A stretch of 64,000 nt of DNA. Origin: Antechinus flavipes (taxonomy: Eukaryota). The position numbers were made by a program, and so were the translations under genes. The notes below the pieces were generated by a model. It was not told the origin of the DNA and did not search any database. It worked only from the letters and a program-made list of their open reading frames with translations. Shown in pieces: positions 10,947 through 23,432 of the stretch (positions within the stretch are counted from its first letter, which is position 1; every line of letters starts with the position of its first letter). Where the stretch lies: assembly GCF_016432865.1 (NCBI RefSeq), contig NC_067400.1:63612001-63676000 (forward strand), read 5' to 3'.

Positions 10947-11680
10947 TTTCTGACCCTCTGCTCCCCATTGGTCTGCTCCCCGATTTCTGACCCTCTGTTC
11001 CCCATTGGTCTGCCCCCCTGATTTCTGACTCTGCTCCCCAGCTCTCTATTCCCCTGAGTTCTGACCCTCTGCTCCCCAGCTCTCTGCTCCCCATCAGTCT
11101 GCCCTCCTGAGTTCTGACCCTCTGTTCCCCAGCTGTCTGCCCCCCTGATTTCTGACCTGCTCCCCATTGGTCTGCTCCCTTGATTTCTGACCCTCTGCTC
11201 CCCAGCTCTCTGCCCCCTTGATTTGACCCCCTGCTCCCCAGCTCACTGCCCCCTTGATTTCTGACCCTCTGTTCCCCAGCTCACTGCCCCCTTGATTTCT
11301 GACCCCCTGCTCCCCCGCTCACTGCCCCCTTGATTTCTGACCCTCTGTTCCCCAGCTCACTGCCCCCTTGATTTCTGATCCCCTGCTCCCCAGCTCTCTG
11401 CCCCCTTGATTTCTGACCCTCTGTTCCCCAGCTCTTTGCCCCCTTGATTTCTGACCCTCTGTTCCCCAGCTCACTGCCCCCTTGATTTCTGACCCCCTGC
11501 TCCCCAGCTCTCTGCCCCCCGATTTCTGACCCTCTGCTCCCCAGCTCTCTGCCCCCTTGATTTCTGACCCTCTGTTCCCCAGCTCACTGCCCCCTTGATT
11601 TCTGATCCCCTGCTCCCCCGCTCTCTTCCCCCTTGATTTCTGACCTGCTCCCCAGCTCTCTGCCCCCTGATTTCTGGCCC
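10947..11680. repeat. 38-bp minisatellite, ~19 copies (gatttctgaccctctgttccccagctcactgccccctt)
   Basis: gatttctga recurs 38 nt apart (e.g. 11294, 11332). Confidence 0.92.
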
Positions 11681-14505
11681 TCAGTTCTGTCTCCCTGGCC
11701 TCTGCGTCTCTGCACCTCTGCCTGTGGGTCTGTGCCTGTGTGACCCTCGGCCTCTGCCTGTCCACCTTCCCCACTCTGTCCCTCAGCCTGCCTTTCCAGC
11801 CCTTCCGCCCCTGACACTCCTCCCTCCTTCCCCCTGACAGCCCGGGCACATTTCCCAGCCTCCCAACTCCCTCCTCCCCACTCTGCAACAAGAGACAGTA
11901 ATCTGAGATCTGGAGAGATCTGTCCTGAGCTAAACTCGGTGCTCGGCGCTATCAGTCCCCTGGGCTCTATCTATCCACCGGGCTCCCATTCCCCAGGAAA
12001 GCGCTCTCCGCACCGAGCCCTCGCGGGGCTCTTGCTCTCCCGACGCCCCCCCCCCCTTCAGTCACAGTGCCCACGGGGTTAACAGGCAATTAGTGGGGCC
12101 AGGGCTCAGAGCTTCGGTGGGGAGAGGGGGCCGAGCCTCCGGGAGATAAGCGGCAGCCGGGGAGCTGCAGAGACTGGGCTAATCCCAGAGCTAATCTTCT
12201 GGCCGGGCTTTATCACAGCTGCCTTCTGGGCATTCTGCCTCCGCCAAGGAGCTCAGACTTTCCCTAGCTGCCCCCAAGCCCAGTGCCCCCATTAAGGATC
12301 CGCCTGCCCCGCTCTCCATTCGTGGCTTCTGACCCTCACGCCCCCTCCCCAGCCCGGGAGCCCGAATCCTTCAGTCTGACGGCAGGTTTGGGGAGGGGGA
12401 GGCAGCTGAGGGCACCTCCCCCTTGGGTTTGATCCCTTCGAGCGGAGGCGCAGAGGGGGTCCCGGCGCTTCTGCAGCTTCCCGGCTCCCCACTTCTCTAC
12501 AGACAGAACTCGGGGATCAGAGCTGACCGGAATAACGGATGAGGTGTTTAATCACGGGAGGACTTAGCACCCTTCCCAAGGTACATCTGGTCTGTGTGGA
12601 GATGACACCGGTCTTTAAGAGCAACTCCTTTTCCAACACTCCCAGTCCTTCCGGGCAGGAGAGGACACCGTCTCCCCTCCCAGCCCCGCAGACCCGCGCG
12701 CACTCCGCTTTTACCCCGACGGTCCCCAGGACCAAGGGCAAGGATTGCCTTCTTCCTCCCGCCACCCACAGGGGGGTAACTGGGTCTTGAAAGAAGCTGT
12801 CTTTGTCTTCAAGCATATGTAAATTGTGAGTAGTTGTGGAAGCACTATCATTACCTGCAGGTGATCTCTAGAAAAAAGAAATGGAAATTAGAAAGCTGAG
12901 AGCAGGAGAACCGGGAGGAGATGAAGGTGACAAAAATGATGATGATGATATTGGGGTGGGTGGGAGGTTACCACCCAAACTGGCTCCTGGGAAACCCGAC
13001 TAGAAACGAGGTGACTCCAGGAAGAGGGGAATGAGGAATCCTGGGAGTAAGATGGACGGGTCCAAGGGCTGGCTCTCCAAGAGCAGGGTAGGGAAGTAGA
13101 TGGGATGGATGGAGGGGAAGGAGCTCCTTGCAAATTCTCCACTACTCCTAAACTCAGGAATTCCATTTTCTTCATATCGACCTCTCTTGTAAATGATCCC
13201 TTTCCTTAAATTCACTCACCCCTACCAGCCACCTTCAGTGTGTGTCAGACAAGCAAGGGAGGTGGGCAAGAGAAAGGGCTGGCTAAGGCAGAAACTAGGG
13301 GCTCCGGGGTAGAGTGTAGTTTGTTCTTCAAGAGAGAAAAATGTCCCCTTCTGGTTTGGGAGGTAAGGAGAGCCCGAGATGACAGGGACAAGATGGAGGC
13401 CAGGTTTCCCCCCAGGTTCTCCAGGCTCCCATTCAGCCTTACACACACACAGACCCCTCGGACCCCATTCAGTCCCCACAGCACCCCTCCCTGCAGCACC
13501 TCTCCCTGACCCAACCCTGCAAACCCCCTTCAGCCTTACACAACTCAACTCCCGCAAGCCCCAGGCACCACACTCAGCCTCCCAGCTCCCGGCACCCACT
13601 CAACTTTCTACACATCTACATTTAACCCAAGCCCACAGCCCACCATTCATTCCACGTTACACAAGACATTACAAGATCCTTGTAATCCCACACCACAGGC
13701 CTGCCCCCCCAGGAGGCCCTGGCCCTGCCGGTGGGTCCTGCCCCTGCTGTGGTCCCCATGCCGAAGGAGGCCCCTGCCGGCCCATCCTGCCCCCCCGGGG
13801 AGGCCCTTGGCCCCCGCCCCATGTGACACCCTGTGCAAGGAGGCCCCCGGCCCCGGCCCCACATCCCTCCACTCTCTCCTGCACACTTACACGGCCTGGC
13901 ATACATCCATCACACATGCAGCTCCCTCCCTCCTGTCTCCTCTCCTTCCCTTCTCCTCTCCGGGTTGCCTCATTTGCATTCCCCAGGCTCCCAGCTCCTC
14001 AGCAAAGTGACCTCCGCTCAAGAAGCGCCAGAGGCTTCCACAGCGGCCATGAGGGGGGAGCTGGGGGGAGCAGCGCGAGGAGGTGGCCGGTGGAGGGGGC
14101 GGGGGGAGCAGGCAGGGGGACGGCCAGGAGACACGTCCCTAGGTGTGTGTATCAGGGCTTGTGGGGGGAGAAGAGGCAGACTGGGAGTCTTGGGGTTCAG
14201 AAGGCAGCTGAGGGGGCCGGAAGGGAAGAGCAGCCTCTTCTGCCCGGGAGGTCCAGAGGCCGAGGTGGTGGACGGGGAACCACTGGGCAGCCCCGCTCCT
14301 GGGAGGCGGCCCCCCTCCTGGGAGGCGGCTCCCCTGCACAGCCTCCCGGCAGGGAGAAGAGCCTGCCTGGCCCTCTCCCCTGGCCACCCATCTCGGGGCC
14401 ACAGGCCCAGGAGACCCCTGCCCCTGGGAGAGGGCTGCCGGCCCCTTCTGCTCCCCGCCCCCCCCCAGCCAAGCCGCCTTCCCTCCCCTCCCCCTGCCTG
14501 GTATT

Positions 14506-14645
14506 NNNNNNNNNNNNNNNNNNNNNNNNNNNNNNNNNNNNNNNNNNNNNNNNNNNNNNNNNNNNNNNNNNNNNNNNNNNNNNNNNNNNNNNNNNNNNNN
14601 NNNNNNNNNNNNNNNNNNNNNNNNNNNNNNNNNNNNNNNNNNNNN
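14506..14645. other. Assembly gap; other gaps at 36857-37008, 40269-40447, 47906-48060, 61772-61939
   Basis: N runs, mostly beside low-complexity or GC-rich DNA, indicating a short-read draft. Confidence 0.99.
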
Positions 14646-16249
14646 GAACTCCCTCACTGCAGCCTGTCTCTGTCTCACTGGGGCTGGGGGCGGCTGCCCC
14701 CAACCCAGAGGGCCAAAATGGGGCCACCCAGACCATGGGGGGGGGGCGGATAAAAAGGCTGGGACAGGTGAGAAGGGATTTCCTCACTCATCTGGGGAGA
14801 ACTAGGAAAAACAGATCCCAGCCCCAGTCCCCCCTAAGACCCTCCCCCGTGTCCTCCCTGTGGGAAGGGTCTCCTTCCCTCCACCCCTAAGGGCCCCTCC
14901 CATGGCACCCCAGCCCCCCACACACACCCCGTCTCCCTCATGTGCAGCTCCATCCTTCTCTCAGATTGCTGCCTCCTTCGGGGGGGGGGTCAAGAAAAAG
15001 CACAACCCCACTGCAGCTGCTGGGGGCAAACCCCAAACCGACCACCCGATCATGGGGGGCCCAGGTAGGTCTTTTCCCTGCCCAATCCCCACCTGCCCCA
15101 AGGGACCACGCTCCCTCCCTCCCTCCCCCCATGACTGCCCGGCTGGAGGCTGAAGAGATCAGTCAGAAATGGACTGTGGAACACTTGGCTGACGGAAGCC
15201 CCACATCCTCGTCATTCGGGAGGCAGGAGGAACCACGGGTTTTCTCCCTGGGCCTCGGGCTCCCCCTCATTCCTGGAAGCCAGTGGCCGCCCCCCCCCCC
15301 AGCCCCCAACAAGCAGGATCCGGAGCGGCCGCAGCCTGACTGCCTTGCGTCACTGGCCACCACATCACAGACGGGACCCCGGTATTCCCGGCCAAAGCCC
15401 TGCTCCTTCCTCCAAACTAAATCTCCCCCCCAGCTCCCCACCCCAGCCCCCCGCCCCATCCTCCTTGCCCCAGCCCAGATCTTGTCATGTTCCTAACAAA
15501 TCAGGCCCGGGACTGCAGAGGAAGGGGGGGGGTGGGATGGAGACAATTTGGGGAGCTAATTCTGCACAGGAAGGAAAGGAGCAGAGGGAGGGGGAAGCAG
15601 GTGGGGAGCAGTGCAAGGAGTGACAGGGAGCAGGGTGGGGGTCCAGGAGGGGACAAGTAGGGAGCACTGCTACAAACACTAATCAGCATCTTCCGGCAGC
15701 TCCATAGAGGAGCTGAGCTGATAATGAGCTGGGCTCCCGGTTGATTCCTGATTAATGAAGAGGCCGGCGGGGGCCTCTGCAGAGTGGGGCCGGGTCAGGG
15801 CTGGCTCTGCAGGGCCCCCTCCCACCCTCTGAGCGGTCTCCCTCCAGGCCCCCATCCCCTGCAACAATAAGGAGTGCAGACCTCATGGGGCCATCCTTGG
15901 TGCCGGATTCCCTACGGGACAAGGCCTCCCCCACCCCATCCAGGCAGGGAGCCCCCCGAGAGAGGGCTGAGGGCAGCTGGGGCTGCAGCCAAAAGGAGGA
16001 TCCAAGAACGTGAAGAAAGCACCTCTGGAGGGAGGCAGAAAATAGGGGCCTGGACGAAAAGCTGCAATTGGTCAGATTAACAGACCCCGCAGGCCCAGCA
16101 GCCTCCCGCGCCTCTCTCTGGCCTCCAAGAGGCCCTCGGTGGGGAAAGCATAGGGGTACTGGGGGCCAGGAAAAGGCAGCAAGGAAAGGGGCAGTAAAAA
16201 GGGAACACAGAGCAGAGGGCCAGCCAGCCTGTCTCAATGCTGGCCTGAA

Positions 16250-16740
16250 GGGGAGGGGGCTGGGGCTGCCCGATGGAATGACAAGAAAAGAACTGAGATG
16301 TTAGGGGGCTTAAAAATAAAAGAAGGACCCCAAACCAGGTCTGAGGGGGCTGGGGCTGCCCGATGGAATGACATACAGAGAAAAGAAAGGAACTGAAATC
16401 TAGGGGGCTTAAAAGTAGGAGGAAAAGGACCCCAAACCAGGTCTGAAGGGGCTGGGGCTGCCCGATGGAATGACAAGAGAAGAACTGAGATTTAGGGGGC
16501 TTAAAAATAAAAGAAGGACCCCAAACCAGGTCTGAGGGGGCTGGGGCTGCCCGATGGAATGACATACAGAGAAAAGAAAGGAACTGAAATCTAGGGGGCT
16601 TAAAAGTAGGAGGAAAAGGACGCCAAACCAGGTCTGAAGGGGCTGAGGCTGCCTGGTGAAATGACATACAGAAAAAAAAAAAAGGAATTGAGACCTTAGG
16701 GGCTTAAAAGTTGGAGAGAAGAACCCCAAACCAGGTCTCA
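16250..16740. repeat. Tandem repeat of alternating ~89 and ~102 bp units
   Basis: Anchor ccaaaccaggtct at 16330, 16432, 16521, 16623, 16726. Confidence 0.9.
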
Positions 16741-18594
16741 GGCCCCTTTGTCCCGAAGCTGACCTGAAAGGGGGGGAAGGAGCTGTGATAAGAGGGGGAG
16801 GGATGGGGGACTGCCCAGCTGGAAGTGGCCTTGTCTAATTGTGCCTGATTAGCAAAGAGGAAGGAGAACCAGGTGAGTGATTATTAGTCATGCCAGTCAA
16901 AGGAGGGAAGGAAAAAAGAAATAAATTGGAAGGGCAAGAATGGGGCTTAGTCAGGAAGGGGAAATAGGGGTACCAGACAGTCTGATGGGAGGAGAAAAAG
17001 GGGCAAGCAATTTTTTCTCTTGCTCTAGCTGGCATCTGCAATAACATACTAAGAGTGCAGCTCTGGGAGTCCTAAGACCTGCATTCTAATTCTGCTGGGA
17101 TACTTGCCAGCTGACCTTGGGTAAAACTGATGCTCCTGGGTCTTGGTTTTCTCATCTGTAAAATGGGTTGGATTTGTTGACTAACACTAATTGTTAACTT
17201 CTGGGAAACTCGTCTTGTTCCTGCCTCAGTTTCCCCACCTAAGGGAAACAATCATTCAGAACTCAAAGGACCTTAAAGCCACCCAGTCTTACCCCCTCAT
17301 TTTATGGCTCTAGAAAGAGGGGTAGAGTTTCCAAGGTCATCCAAAAAGGAACAGAGCTAAGATTTAAACCCTCTGTCCTGACTCCAAAATCAAACCGTGC
17401 CATCTACCAGACAATATCAACAACGAAGCAGAAATAAAACACAATCTGGACTTAAATGTTTGCGTTATATAAAAATACATACTATATATAAAATGCACTG
17501 TATATTACAATATGCTATACATATGTATGTGTGTATTTTTATATATGGAGGCAATTACAGCTAAATGATCTGTCCAGAATCATACAGCTCGTAAGGGTCT
17601 GAGGCTGGATTTGAATTCAGATCCCCCGACTCCAGAGCTGGTGCTCTATCCCATGTGTCCCCTAAATGCCCAGATATGTGTGTATACCCATATACAGATA
17701 TTTAACGTAGACTTCTTCTCCCCTTATTTCACTTTTGCAACTATCCTCTCAGCCTCCAAGCTCTCCCGAATCCCCTTTACGAGATTTCCCCGTGTTCCAG
17801 TCCATAACCACATGGAGCAAACTTTCGCCCCCCTGGGAAGCCCGACGCAGAGTAAAGCTCCCCGGGCCCGTGGCCTGTTCTGTGTGGGACCTTGCAGGGG
17901 CCCTCACCCCTCATCTTGGGTTCCCTCATCTACAAAACGAACATAACTCTTGCCCCACGGAGTTGCCTGGAGAATGGGTGGGTGAGTGGACAAATGTTAT
18001 TGTTGGGACTTGCTCCTGGGCCCCGGCCCTCCATTCTTGGACCCCCAGCTCTCCATCAGAAAGGCTCCGAGTGCTGTCCCTAAGTTTTGAAGTCATACAT
18101 CTTGTAAGATTAGCTCAGTCGTGTCTGATTCTTTGCGACCCCAATGGGTCAGAGATGCCGTTAATTTTACAGATGAGGAAACTGAGGCAAACTGAGGTAC
18201 GTGTCGGGTCTTCCTGACTCCAAGCCCATCCATCTCACACAGACCTTGGGAAGACGGGGTGATGTAACAGAAAGTCAGCGGCCCTGGATGTCGATCCCTC
18301 CTCCACCTCTCCTTAACTGGGGGGCTTCTGGGCAACCCTGGGCCTCTCCTGCCTGCTTCCTCATCCCAAAAACGGTGGTAAGGATTGGGGCCCTGCCCAC
18401 TTGACTGGCCTGTGGGCCTGCAAACCTCGAGAGAAGGAAAAGGAGGTGCTGTCCTTCTTGTTTGATTTATTCATTCTAAAAATCCCACTGAATCCTGACT
18501 GGGCCCCACATCATGCCAGGAAAGTGCTTGGAGGGACTGGAATACGCCCATCCAACCATCTTCCTGAGCACAGCCTGCAGGAGCAGGTAAATGG

Positions 18595-18830
18595 CCCCGT
18601 GGTGCACACAACACCGAGCCCGCAGTCCGAAAAACTCGAATTCAAATCCGGCCCCAGAGGCTTGCGAGCTGGGGGCTCCTGGACAAATCTCCTAACCCTG
18701 TTTGCCTCAGTTTCCTCATCTGTAAAATGGAGATAGTAATGCTATCCCCTCCTTCCCAGGGTTCTTGTGAGGATCAAATGAGATAATACTTGCAAGGTGC
18801 TTAGCACAGTGTCTGGCACTTGGAAAGTGG
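18595..18830 (+). mobile_element. MIR-family SINE
   Basis: cctcagtttcctcatctgtaaaatggagatagtaat...gttcttgtgaggatcaaatgagataat...cttagcacagtgtctggcac. Confidence 0.75.
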
Positions 18831-19099
18831 CGCACTTCTCGGCGCACTTTAATCTTATTATTATGCCTTAGATTTCAGTTCCACCCCCACCCAAACAGCA
18901 GTCCCAAGCCAAACCCATCCCAGTACTTGGGAAGCGATGAGAATCACTGAGGGAGCGACGGACAGAGGGTAGGTTCCCCTGGAATTGTGCCTTGTCAGGA
19001 GAAGGGAAGAGGAGGAAGGGCTGGGGTCGTGTGGAGCGGGAAGAAGCACTTTCTAAAATCGCTCCCCCTCCCAGCAAAGCCTTTTACATCCCCTCGGCC

Positions 19100-19370
19100 T
19101 CCTCAGGGAGCCTTTCCCAGGCCTTCCCAAGGCACGAGGGCTCTCTCCCTCCTCTGAACGCATAGCACTTCCTGAGTGTAGACATCATTCGGTGATTAAT
19201 CATAAACTGCCTCGTGAAATCCTCTCCAACAGCTGTTGTCTTTCATTGTGATTTCACATAGGATGCGTTCAGGCTGTAAGCTCCCTGAGGGCAGGGACCA
19301 CGTCTTCTTTTTTAATCCCTCATTGTGTCTGAGGCAGAGCCCCCGCATGTAGCTGCTGCCCAGTAAATGT
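19100..19370 (+). mobile_element. L2 3' end remnant
   Basis: tgtaagctccctgagggcagggaccacgtct...; typical L2 terminus. Confidence 0.55.
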
Positions 19371-21441
19371 GGGGGGCTTCCTCGGTTGCTCCGGAGGGGA
19401 CGGAGAAGACTAGACAGGGAGGGGAAACAGCAGGGAGAATGGGGAAGAGTGAGAACAGGTAGAAGTATGGGAGGGGAAAAGTAAATGGGGAGATGGGAAA
19501 TGAGTTGGGGGAGTGGGGGAGGTAACAAAGTGTGGGGGTGAGAGATTGAAGTGGTAGCAGCAGCTAGATAGAGCAGCAGCTGAGAAGGACTGGGGGAGGG
19601 AGCATTACCCAAAGTAAAAATAGGCTGGAAAATGTGACATTTATTAACTCGGATTCCAGAGGAAAGGTCACAGCATAGTGGGGAGTGGGGAAGGAGGGAT
19701 CAAGGAAGGTAAGAGAAAAAAAAACAGGACAATAACCCACTCCTCAGACCCGTTTCTCTAATTGGCTGACCCATCTCATTGCCCAGTGTCCAATCAATAG
19801 CAGAATTCCCTTCATCATTCACAGAGCCATCTCTATCCTAGTCCCCATTTTCATCACAGACCCATCCCCATTCTAGATGTCATGTTTATCACCGATCAAT
19901 CCTATCACAGATCTCATCATTTTCCTACCAATATGAAAATCAGAATCCGATTCAATTTCCAACTGGAAGAGAGGAGGATGGGGGTGGGAAGGAAACAGTG
20001 TTAAGAGACAATGGCCTTTTAGTGCTAAGGGACAATGCATCTCCAAAGGTGAATGGCTTTCCCCCTACATGTCCGCTGCTTCTTACCCAGTCCTTTCTGT
20101 CTGGTAGCCACTCCTGCAAGAAATCCCTAAAAACTCCCATCATCCTCATGTCACCAGATTATCAGTATCAAAAAGACCCAAGAAAAATGCACCCTCCACA
20201 CAACCCTTCCCCATCACTCTCACCCTGACCAGACCATGAGTCCAAGGAATTCCTCCTATGAGCTCGCTTGACCCAAAACAGGGGAGAACACTGCTTCCAA
20301 ATGCTCTAGCCAGCTCTCCTTTCCCAGACCACAGCAAGAAATCTCTCCTTGTTCTCCCTCCTTCCTCCAGTTTTCTCCCTCCCTTCTTCCTTCTTCTCTT
20401 CTGTCTTCGCCTTTCCCTTTCTTCCCACTCTACTCCTCTCCTCTCCCTCCTCCCTCCTTTTTTCCTCTCTTCCTTTACTCCAACTGCCTCCCCCCAGCGC
20501 CCCCCCCACTTCTCCATCTCCCCTCCTTTCTTCCCCCTTTGGATCCCCCTCCCTTTCCTTTTTCTCTCTTCCCCCCCTCCCATCCCCCTCAGGCCCTGAG
20601 ATACAAACTCCCGCTCTGTAGGCACAAAGATTCCATTGATTTCTGGCCCCCATCAGCACCTGCTGGGACCAGTCTCTGTTCCTTCCCGATTTGGGGGGTG
20701 GGCAGGGAAAGAGCAAAGGAATCTCACCCCAGGGGGATGACAAACACGAGTGGGAACCTCACAGAATACTGTGCCCCCCACTTTCCCCCCCCCAACTCTA
20801 TATCCCACCTTCTGATTCTTCCCAATCTGCAGGGAGATAAAGCTCAGGGACATAAGAAAAGGAGAATGAGCGGGTGAGCATGCTGCCTCAATTTCCCCGA
20901 CCAGCCCCTTTCCACTCACTGTCCCCCAAGGAGAACCATCTCCCGTAGGACTCTCTCTCACTCTCTCCTCCTCCCCCATCCCATGCTCCTTTCTCCCCTC
21001 CATGCAGCCTCTGCTTGTGCCCATGGACAAGACATCCCTGGTCTGTGGGACTCCAAAACTGTCCCCTGGCACATAGTCCCCTCCAGATAGCAATGAAGTC
21101 GGGCCCGTTTGACTGCAATGAGAGGCTGTATATTACTCTACTGGGGGCATGTGTCCCCCTGATGCTCAGGCAGGGAACCCTGGTTCTCCTATCTCTGCAT
21201 TTCCATCTTGTGGCCAATTCAGTGGCAGGAGAGTGATTGTGTGTGTGTGTAGGGGGGGATGCTGGGTAGTAAAAATGGGGGAGGAGGGGAATATACCCAG
21301 AAAGCATGGTGTGAGTTGAACATGGACTGTGTGCCTGAGACACCGTCACCCAAATGCCACGTCCAGGAAAGCATCTCTGTGTGAGAGACATACATGAGCA
21401 AGTGGGCAAAGGGCTTTCATGCATCATCAGTGGGACCCTAC

Positions 21442-21478
21442 TGTGTGTGTGTGTATGATTGTGTGAGTGTGTGTGTGT

Positions 21479-21511
<33 letters not shown>
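21442..21511. repeat. Interrupted (TG)n microsatellite
   Basis: Direct reading. Confidence 0.9.
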
Positions 21512-21513
<2 letters not shown>

Positions 21514-22526
21514 CACAGGACAAACAGGGATTAAAACTCCCGGAGCGGAGTGTCTGGGTCTGTGCATGTGCACATAGGGAGGCAGCCCCACCAGCCTACT
21601 GTGTGTCGATGAGCTCCTGACATGCAGAGTGTGAGTTGAGAGAGATCATGGTAATCGCGGGAGGGAATGACACTGGATAACGGCCCTCCCTGCTCCTCCT
21701 GTGTTCCACGACCCTGACACTGAGGATGGAGATGAGCGGTGATCCGTGGGGGGGGGGGGCACCCCAAACCCAGCACCCAGGGATCTGTAGGGTGGGTAAG
21801 AAACAGTGGCCAGGATGAGGGATTTTTTGAAGGGGGTGTGTGGGGGGGAGATGTGCACCTCAGAATGAATGAGTGAGCCTGAGTGTGAGAGCCACAGACT
21901 ATAAGAGAGAAAGAGCTGTTAGTGTTAACGACCGAGTGAAAAGCCAGAACTGAGCATGGGGGACAACATGAAAGGGGGAGTGTGTGAGAGAGAAAGACGC
22001 TGGCACTGTGTAAATGTCCACGAGGTCCTTCTAGGTAGTGCCCGTGCCAGCTCCACAAGATGCCCCCAAACCCTTCCTCGCCTGCTCTCCCTCAATCCCT
22101 TGAGCCCCCAACCTTTGACTCTGCTACTTGCCCAAGGTGGGAGGGGGCCAGCAGGAGTCAGAGAAGGTAAAAATAGGGAGGGGGGAGAAGACACAAGCCC
22201 CGACTTTCTGGAGAGATGTTCTCTAGAGTGGCAGGGCTCAGAAGCCTCCCACTGAGCTGCAGCCGGGGGCTGCCCCATCCCTTCAGTGCCAGCCCCCTGG
22301 CACCAGGGTGCCCCCTCCAAACCCTGGCAGTGCTGCAGTGGCAGGAGCAGCAAGGACAGGGCAAGCCCCTCGAGGCTTCCAAAGAGCTGTGGCTCTAGAG
22401 TGGAGAGAGGGACCGCTAAGCCCAGGAGAGATCCCGGTGGCAGAGGAAAAGGGGAGCCCCCATCCCACCCCCCCAGCCCAGAGGGCCCCCCCTAGAGCCA
22501 GGGGCCAGCCAGCCGGCGGGACTCAC

Positions 22527-23108
22527 CACAGAGAAGTTGCTGGCGGAGCAGTGGTGGCCACTGAAGTTGCAGCTCTTGAGCATGTCGGCCAGCTGGTGGC
22601 CAGTGCGGTTCAGGATGTCCACCATGTCCGGCTCGGGGTACCGAAGGCCGGCCGCCCGGTGTCCGTCTCTGTCCTTAGGGGGCAGCCCCGTCAAGTTGGC
22701 CAGGTGGAAGATGTCAGCGTCGCTGAGAGCAGAGTGGCGGAAGCGGTTGATGTTGCAAAGGGTGACGGCCGGGAAGCCCAGGACGGGGGCTACCCCGGCT
22801 GGGTCCAGGGAGACCAGGTGAGGCCGAGCCAGGTAGCTGCGGGCCAGGCCCACCGCCTGGTAAAGGAAGGCGGCCAGGGAGGCCAGAAGGGCCAGTGCCC
22901 ACAGGCTCCTGCGCAGCCCTCGAGGTCCCCGGCCACAGGCGTGCCCCAAGCCGTGCAGGGTGCTGGAGCTGGCAAAGGTGGCCAGGTCCCTCGGGGGCGC
23001 CCCCTGGCACGCTGCCCCCAGCAGGCTCTGCTCGTCCCCCTCTTCCTTCTCCTTCGGTTTGGCATCCTCCTCGGAAAATTTGATTTTGCACACTATCTCG
23101 ATAGGCAT
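22527..23108 (-). CDS. ASIC4: ASIC4 exon 1 CDS (MPIEIVCKIKF...STLHG...FPAVTLCNINRFR...CSASNFSV)
   Basis: ATG at 23108, GTGAGT donor 22521-22526, 582 nt; HG motif, TM1 and FPAVTLCN ENaC/DEG signature. Confidence 0.97.
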
Positions 23109-23411
23109 CTGTCCCTGGCTGCTCGGACCCGGCGGCCGGAGCGTCCCTGCCCGCTGTCCCCTCCCCGCCTGGCAGCCCGGGCTCCTCTCCCCAAGTGGTT
23201 GGTGACAGCAGCCGCTCCTCCAAACTCCAGCCGAGGAGGGGGAGGGGGCGGAGGGAGGGGAGCTGCTCACACTCCCAGCAGCTCCGCAGCCCTGGCTGCC
23301 GCCGCCGCTTGTCTCTCTCCTCGATCGTCTCCTTGTGGCTTCGCTTATCAGCAGCAGCACAGCTGTCAGCCCCTGCGTGTGTCCCTGCGAGCGCTCGCTC
23401 CGCCACGCCGC

Positions 23412-23432
23412 TCAGCCCGCGCCGCTCAGCAT
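23412..23432 (-). other. uORF MLSGAG* in frame with the ASIC4 start codon
   Basis: ATG CTG AGC GGC GCG GGC TGA; 324 nt upstream of and in frame with ATG 23108. Confidence 0.6.

Noticed and set aside
10947-11680. CRISPR-like regular repeats (also 59166-59450, 49865-50130)
   Set aside because: Head-to-tail tandem units without unique spacers, in mammalian introns, with no cas genes.
13379-14890. 503-aa and 306-aa + strand ORFs
   Set aside because: GC-rich stop-poor DNA crossing an N gap; Pro/Gly-rich with no recognisable motif.
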